Source: Brevundimonas sp.
Lineage (GTDB): Bacteria > Pseudomonadota > Alphaproteobacteria > Caulobacterales > Caulobacteraceae
DNA: 64,000 bases
NCBI RefSeq assembly: GCF_029945885.1
Contig: NZ_JAQSDK010000033.1
Location: 38,822 to 102,821, forward strand
Reading direction: 5' to 3'
The position numbers were made by a program, and so were the translations under genes. Shown piece after piece: positions 59,858 through 64,000 of this stretch (its first letter is position 1; each line of letters starts with the position of its first letter). The notes under the pieces were generated by a model. That model saw only the letters and a program-made list of their open reading frames with translations. It ran no database searches and was not told the origin of the DNA.

Positions 59858-60970
59858 TCAATTTCTCCGGATGAGGGTGAAGGTCTTCACCGGCACCGTC
59901 AGTTTTGATTTCAGGATCGCCCGCACGCAGGCCAGCGCCGGATCACCGGAGCCCTGGGCAGCCGAGATCAGTCGGGTCCAGCTTTCGTCGCCGGCACCCT
60001 GGGCAAAGTTGGAAATCTCTCGCTGAACAAAGGTCGCGAATCCGATCCCGGCCGCTTCAGCGACTTCACGGGCCCGGGTGGCCAGGGCCGGATCGGCCTC
60101 GTCCAGCCAGGTCTCGAGTCGGGCCGCGACGGCCGCCTGGTCGTTCAGGAGGTCCCCGAGGGACAGGGCCCCGTTGGACACGGTGCCGTCGATGGTGACG
60201 CTGAGCGCCACGCCGCGTTCCCGGGCTTCGGCCGCAAGTCCGGACACATAGCGGGTCGCCGCTGCGGTCCAGGCGCGGCTTTCCAGATGGAGGGAGATCT
60301 GGGGCTGGACGTGTTCGAACGGCAGCCGTTGGCCATCGATCCGCCGGTCGAGGCGCAGGATGTGCCAGCCGAAGCGGGACTGGACCGGTTCGGTCGCTGT
60401 CTCGCCGGCCAGGAGCCTGTCCAGTCCGGCCTCGACCTCGGGGGCGAGATCCCCGGGCGAGAGTTGGCCGAGAGAGCCTCCGACTCCCTTGGACGGGCAG
60501 TCCGAGAGTGAGGCCGCCAGGGCCGCGAACCGCGACGGATGTTCAGCCAGTTCGGCAATGGCCGCCAGCGCGATCTCCCGGGCATCGGCCCAGGCGGCGT
60601 CGTCGGCACCCTTGGGCGCGCACAGGATGTGGGAGGCCTGGGTCAGCCGGGGTGTCCGGAACCTGTCCGGCGCGCCGTCATAGACCCGGCGACATTCGCT
60701 TTCGTCGGGGCGCTCGACCGTGATCTCGGCGTCGAGAACGGCGCGGACGAGGGCTTCTTCCGGCGTCTCTTCCCGACCGTCATCGTCCAGCTCTGCCTCG
60801 GCCTGCAGACCCAGTTGATGCGCCCGATCCAGCAGCAGGGCCTTGATGGCCAGGGCATGAGCGGCCGCGTTCCGGGCCGCCTCAGCCGTGGCGGCCGGGT
60901 GGTTCTGGGCCTCCTCGGCGACGAGACGCTCGGGGAGTTCCACCCCGTCGACAACGATGACGGCGTTCAT
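59858..60970 (-). CDS. PpiC-type peptidyl-prolyl isomerase (NarM/NifM-like) with extra C-terminal domain
   Basis: ASHIL, SDCPSKGVGGSLG, SRFGWHI; ATGA overlap with narI. Confidence 0.88.
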   Translation of the reverse strand: MNAVIVVDGVELPERLVAEEAQNHPAATAEAARNAAAHALAIKALLLDRAHQLGLQAEAELDDDGREETPEEALVRAVLDAEITVERPDESECRRVYDGAPDRFRTPRLTQASHILCAPKGADDAAWADAREIALAAIAELAEHPSRFAALAASLSDCPSKGVGGSLGQLSPGDLAPEVEAGLDRLLAGETATEPVQSRFGWHILRLDRRIDGQRLPFEHVQPQISLHLESRAWTAAATRYVSGLAAEARERGVALSVTIDGTVSNGALSLGDLLNDQAAVAARLETWLDEADPALATRAREVAEAAGIGFATFVQREISNFAQGAGDESWTRLISAAQGSGDPALACVRAILKSKLTVPVKTFTLIRRN

Positions 60971-61686
60971 TTGATGCGCTCCGCGGTACGGCGGGTCACC
61001 GGCATCGGGCGCTTGCTGCGCACCAGCTGCCAGCCCCGGCGGTTGAGGTACCAGACCGGTGCCGACAACATGTGGACCAGCCGGGTGAACGGGAAGACCA
61101 GCAGGATAGTCAGGCCGAGGGTGATGTGGGTCTTGAACACCCAACTGACGTCGGCAACGAAGCCGGCGCTGTAGGGGTTGAAGGTGAAAATGCCTTGGGC
61201 CCAGCTCATGAATTTGATCATTTCAGAGCCGTCCCGGTGTCCCAGCGACAGCGGTATGGTCGCCAGTCCCAGGCACAGCTGCACCATCAGGATCACCAGG
61301 ATGGCGATGTCGCCGAAGCTGGAGGTGTTGCGGATTCGCGGATCAAACAATCTCCGGTGCAGCAGCAGCAGGCCTCCGGCCAGGCAGAAGACCCCGGCGA
61401 CACCGCCCGCGACGATGGCCAGCATCTGTTTGAAACTGTGGGTGACCCCGAGGAAGTCCCATACGGCGACCGGCGTCAGCAGGCCGACGAAATGGCCGCC
61501 GAAGATAGCCAGGATGCCGAGGTGAAACAGCACCGAGCCGAGCATCAATTGCTTGCGCCGAAGCAGCTGGGACGATCCGGTGCGCCAGGTGTATTGCTCA
61601 CGGTCGAACCGCAATACCGATCCGATCGCCAGCACAGCCATGGCGACATAGGGGTAAACCCCGAACGCGATGAAATTCAGGTCCAT
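60967..61686 (-). CDS. narI: Respiratory nitrate reductase gamma subunit
   Basis: YPY, WRTGSSQLL, LFHLG, PFTRLVH motifs. Confidence 0.97.
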   Translation of the reverse strand: MDLNFIAFGVYPYVAMAVLAIGSVLRFDREQYTWRTGSSQLLRRKQLMLGSVLFHLGILAIFGGHFVGLLTPVAVWDFLGVTHSFKQMLAIVAGGVAGVFCLAGGLLLLHRRLFDPRIRNTSSFGDIAILVILMVQLCLGLATIPLSLGHRDGSEMIKFMSWAQGIFTFNPYSAGFVADVSWVFKTHITLGLTILLVFPFTRLVHMLSAPVWYLNRRGWQLVRSKRPMPVTRRTAERIK

Positions 61687-61697
61687 GACGGAAATCC

Positions 61698-62414
61698 TCA
61701 GGCAGCCGCGCCGGAACGGCGGCTCTTTTCTGGCGGTGGGGCGGCGTTCATCGCGGACAGGATGGAATCGGCCTTCGGACAGCCGACCTCTCCAGGTCCG
61801 AAGCTGACGGCCGTTTCTTCCCAGGACTTGTCGAGCGCCTCGAGGTCGTCTGGGTCCTCGTCCGGCTCCTGCATCAGGGCCGCTACGGCGTCGGTGTCGG
61901 GCACCGCATCGGCCAGATTCGACAAGGCTCCGAAGACGGCGCGATAGGGACTATCCCGCTTGTGCAGCCGCTCGGTCAGGGCGGCCAGCACGTGGGCCCC
62001 TTCACCAAGCAGGGAGGCCGCTTCAGCGTCCGGCAGGGTGGACAGGAAGTCCAGGAAGACCGGTAGGTGATCCGGCAGTTCCTTGGCCGACAGCTCGAGC
62101 CCGTAGGAGGCGTAGAGCTCGACCAGGGCGGCCATGGCCTGACCCCGGTCGCGGCTTTCACCGTGGATGTGTTCGTACAGGTTCAGAGACAGCGACCGGG
62201 TGCGGTCGAACAGCTGCACGAACCCCTCCTGCAGATCATAGAGATCGTCGTGTTCCAGCATCCCGGCCAGTTTCTCCAGCGACCGGACGATCGGATCGGG
62301 GACCAGGCCTTCGTTGCGGATGGCGTCGATGGCCTCGGGGGCGGCGGCCTGGATCTCAGCGGTCGGATAGCTGAGCATGAGCGCGAGGGCGCGATAGGTC
62401 AGGGCCATGATCAA
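61698..62414 (-). CDS. narJ: Nitrate reductase chaperone
   Basis: LFDRTRSLSL, GESRDRGQAM, ELPDHLP; start TTG 62414 or ATG 62408. Confidence 0.96.
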   Translation of the reverse strand: MIMALTYRALALMLSYPTAEIQAAAPEAIDAIRNEGLVPDPIVRSLEKLAGMLEHDDLYDLQEGFVQLFDRTRSLSLNLYEHIHGESRDRGQAMAALVELYASYGLELSAKELPDHLPVFLDFLSTLPDAEAASLLGEGAHVLAALTERLHKRDSPYRAVFGALSNLADAVPDTDAVAALMQEPDEDPDDLEALDKSWEETAVSFGPGEVGCPKADSILSAMNAAPPPEKSRRSGAAA

Positions 62415-63934
62415 GCCACCTCTGCTGTGGGTTTGGCGCGTGAGCGCTTGTCAGGCCCGAACAGGCCCAGCTCGGTGCGGCCGCCGGAGCAGCCGTTGCC
62501 GAAGGTGAAGCCGCAGCCGCCCCGGATGTCGAAGGAGTCCTCGGCGGTCTCTCGGTGGGTCGAGGGGATGACGAAGCGGTCCTCGTAATCGGCGATGGCC
62601 ATGATCTTGAACATGTCGTCGATCTGCGCCGCGGTCAGACCGACCTTGGCCGCGAGGGTGTGGTCGATACGACCGTCGATGGTCTTGGCCCGCATGTAGG
62701 CCCGCATGGCCAGCATCCGCTGAAGCGCCAGCGTCACCGGGGCCTCGACGCCCGCCGTCAACAGGTTGGCGAGGTATTTGACCGGGATGCGCAGCTTGTT
62801 CACGTCCGGCATTTCGCCGTCCATCTCAAGCGCCCCGACGGCCGCCGCGTTCTGGATCGGCGACAGCGGCGGCACGTACCAGACCATCGGCAGGGTCCGG
62901 TATTCGGGGTGGAGCGGGAAGGCGATCTTCCAGTCCATGGCCATCTTGTAGACCGGGCTGCGTTTGGCCCCCTCGATCCAGGCATCGGGCACGCCGTCAG
63001 CCCTGGCCTGGGCGATCACCGCCGGATCGTGCGGATCGAGGAAGACGTCGAGTTGGGCCTGGTAGAGGTCTTTCTCGTCGACGCTCGCGGCCTCGCTGAT
63101 GCGATCGGCGTCATAGAGCAGCACCCCCAGATAGCGGATGCGTCCGACGCAGGTTTCGGAACAGACGGTCGGCTGGCCGACCTCGATGCGCGGGAAGCAG
63201 AAGGTGCATTTCTCGGATTTGCCCGAGTCCCAGTTGTAGTAGATTTTCTTGTAGGGGCAGGCCGAGACGCACATGCGCCAGCCACGGCATTTGTCCTGGT
63301 CGATCAGGACGATACCGTCTTCTTCCCGTTTGTAGATCGCGCCTGAGGGACAGGCCGCGACGCAGGTCGGATTCAGGCAGTGCTCACACAGCCTGGGCAG
63401 GTACATCATGAAGGTGTTTTCGAACTCGCCGTACATCTCCTTTTCGATGTCGGCGAAATTGTAGTCCTTGGACCGCTTTGCGAACTCGCCGCCAAGGATT
63501 TCCTCCCAGTTTGGACCCCATTCGATCTTCTCCATCCGCTGGCCGGTGATGGCCGAGCGCGGACGAGCGGTGGGGAAATGCTTCATCTCCGGCGCGGTCT
63601 GGAGATGAGCGTAGTCGAAGTCGAACGGCTCGTAATAGTCGTCGATCTCGGGCAGGTCCGGGTTGGCGAAAATCTTGGCCAGGATGCGCCATTTCGGGCC
63701 CATCCGCGGCTCGATGTCGCCGTTCTTCTTGCGCCGCCAGCCGCCGTTCCAGCGTTTCTGGTTTTCCCAGTCCTTGGGATAGCCGATGCCGGGCTTGGTC
63801 TCGACGTTGTTGAACCAGGCGTATTCAACGCCCTTTCGGCTGGTCCAGACGTTCTTGCAGGTGACGGAGCAGGTGTGACAGCCGATACATTTATCGAGGT
63901 TCAGCACCATGCCGATCTGGGCGCGGACCTTCAT
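62411..63934 (-). CDS. narH: Respiratory nitrate reductase beta subunit
   Basis: LDKCIGCHTC, CEHCLNPTC, CRGWRMC, CTFCFP Fe-S motifs. Confidence 0.99.
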   Translation of the reverse strand: MKVRAQIGMVLNLDKCIGCHTCSVTCKNVWTSRKGVEYAWFNNVETKPGIGYPKDWENQKRWNGGWRRKKNGDIEPRMGPKWRILAKIFANPDLPEIDDYYEPFDFDYAHLQTAPEMKHFPTARPRSAITGQRMEKIEWGPNWEEILGGEFAKRSKDYNFADIEKEMYGEFENTFMMYLPRLCEHCLNPTCVAACPSGAIYKREEDGIVLIDQDKCRGWRMCVSACPYKKIYYNWDSGKSEKCTFCFPRIEVGQPTVCSETCVGRIRYLGVLLYDADRISEAASVDEKDLYQAQLDVFLDPHDPAVIAQARADGVPDAWIEGAKRSPVYKMAMDWKIAFPLHPEYRTLPMVWYVPPLSPIQNAAAVGALEMDGEMPDVNKLRIPVKYLANLLTAGVEAPVTLALQRMLAMRAYMRAKTIDGRIDHTLAAKVGLTAAQIDDMFKIMAIADYEDRFVIPSTHRETAEDSFDIRGGCGFTFGNGCSGGRTELGLFGPDKRSRAKPTAEVA

Positions 63935-63999
63935 TGGGCTGGCTCCTTGGCCTGAGAAAAGTCGCCGAGCGGCTCGTCGAGCCAGTCGACCTTGGTCAT
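63931..63999 (-). CDS. narG: Respiratory nitrate reductase alpha subunit, 3' end only
   Basis: ...MTKVDWLDEPLGDFSQAKEPAQ* with ATGA overlap onto narH. Confidence 0.85.
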   Translation of the reverse strand: MTKVDWLDEPLGDFSQAKEPAQ

Positions 64000-64000
64000 C

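Larger units (their letters stand above)
55182..64000. mobile_element. Candidate tRNA-Ser-integrated island carrying the nar operon (other border outside the window)
   Basis: AT-richer spacer with CCCTAAA direct repeat right after the tRNA; accessory cargo. No integrase or att duplicate visible here. Confidence 0.45.

Noticed and set aside
55407-64000. FNR/FixK boxes in the nar region
   Set aside because: No TTGAT-N4-ATCAA seen by eye; the operon promoter lies outside the window.

Overview
GC-rich alphaproteobacterial chromosome segment, most like Caulobacteraceae (Brevundimonas-type), judged from the permuted two-piece tmRNA, the holdfast (hfs) cluster and CtrA/EcfG-type motifs. Bases 1-55,181 are mostly core genome: sspB-ssrA-miaA, thyA/folA, tRNA-Pro/Gln, ptrB, tatABC, glnBA, topA-dprA-plsY-pyrC'-pyrB-ruvX, gatCAB, two RcnB-like genes, and hfsD/hfsAB/hfsEFGH plus an extra GT2. 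Directly after tRNA-Ser(GCT) is an AT-richer spacer with a CCCTAAA direct repeat. It is followed by one tightly coupled respiratory nitrate reductase operon (narG 3' end, narHJI, PpiC-type PPIase with an extra C-terminal domain, AlgE-like porin, hemerythrin, carbonic anhydrase, mobA, hemN) that may be cargo of an integrative element. The best leads are that nar module and its border, several apparent pseudo-enzymes (Cys-less Mrp, HfsB lacking the Walker A Lys, PyrC'), a MazG-like gene coupled between thyA and folA, and a shared TGAAC-N6-TGAA(C/T) box upstream of both RcnB-like paralogs. No CRISPR array, rRNA, transposase or integrase was seen. All family assignments come from motif recognition by eye; no database search was run. 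Several starts were moved from the ORF track to the likely RBS-supported codon.
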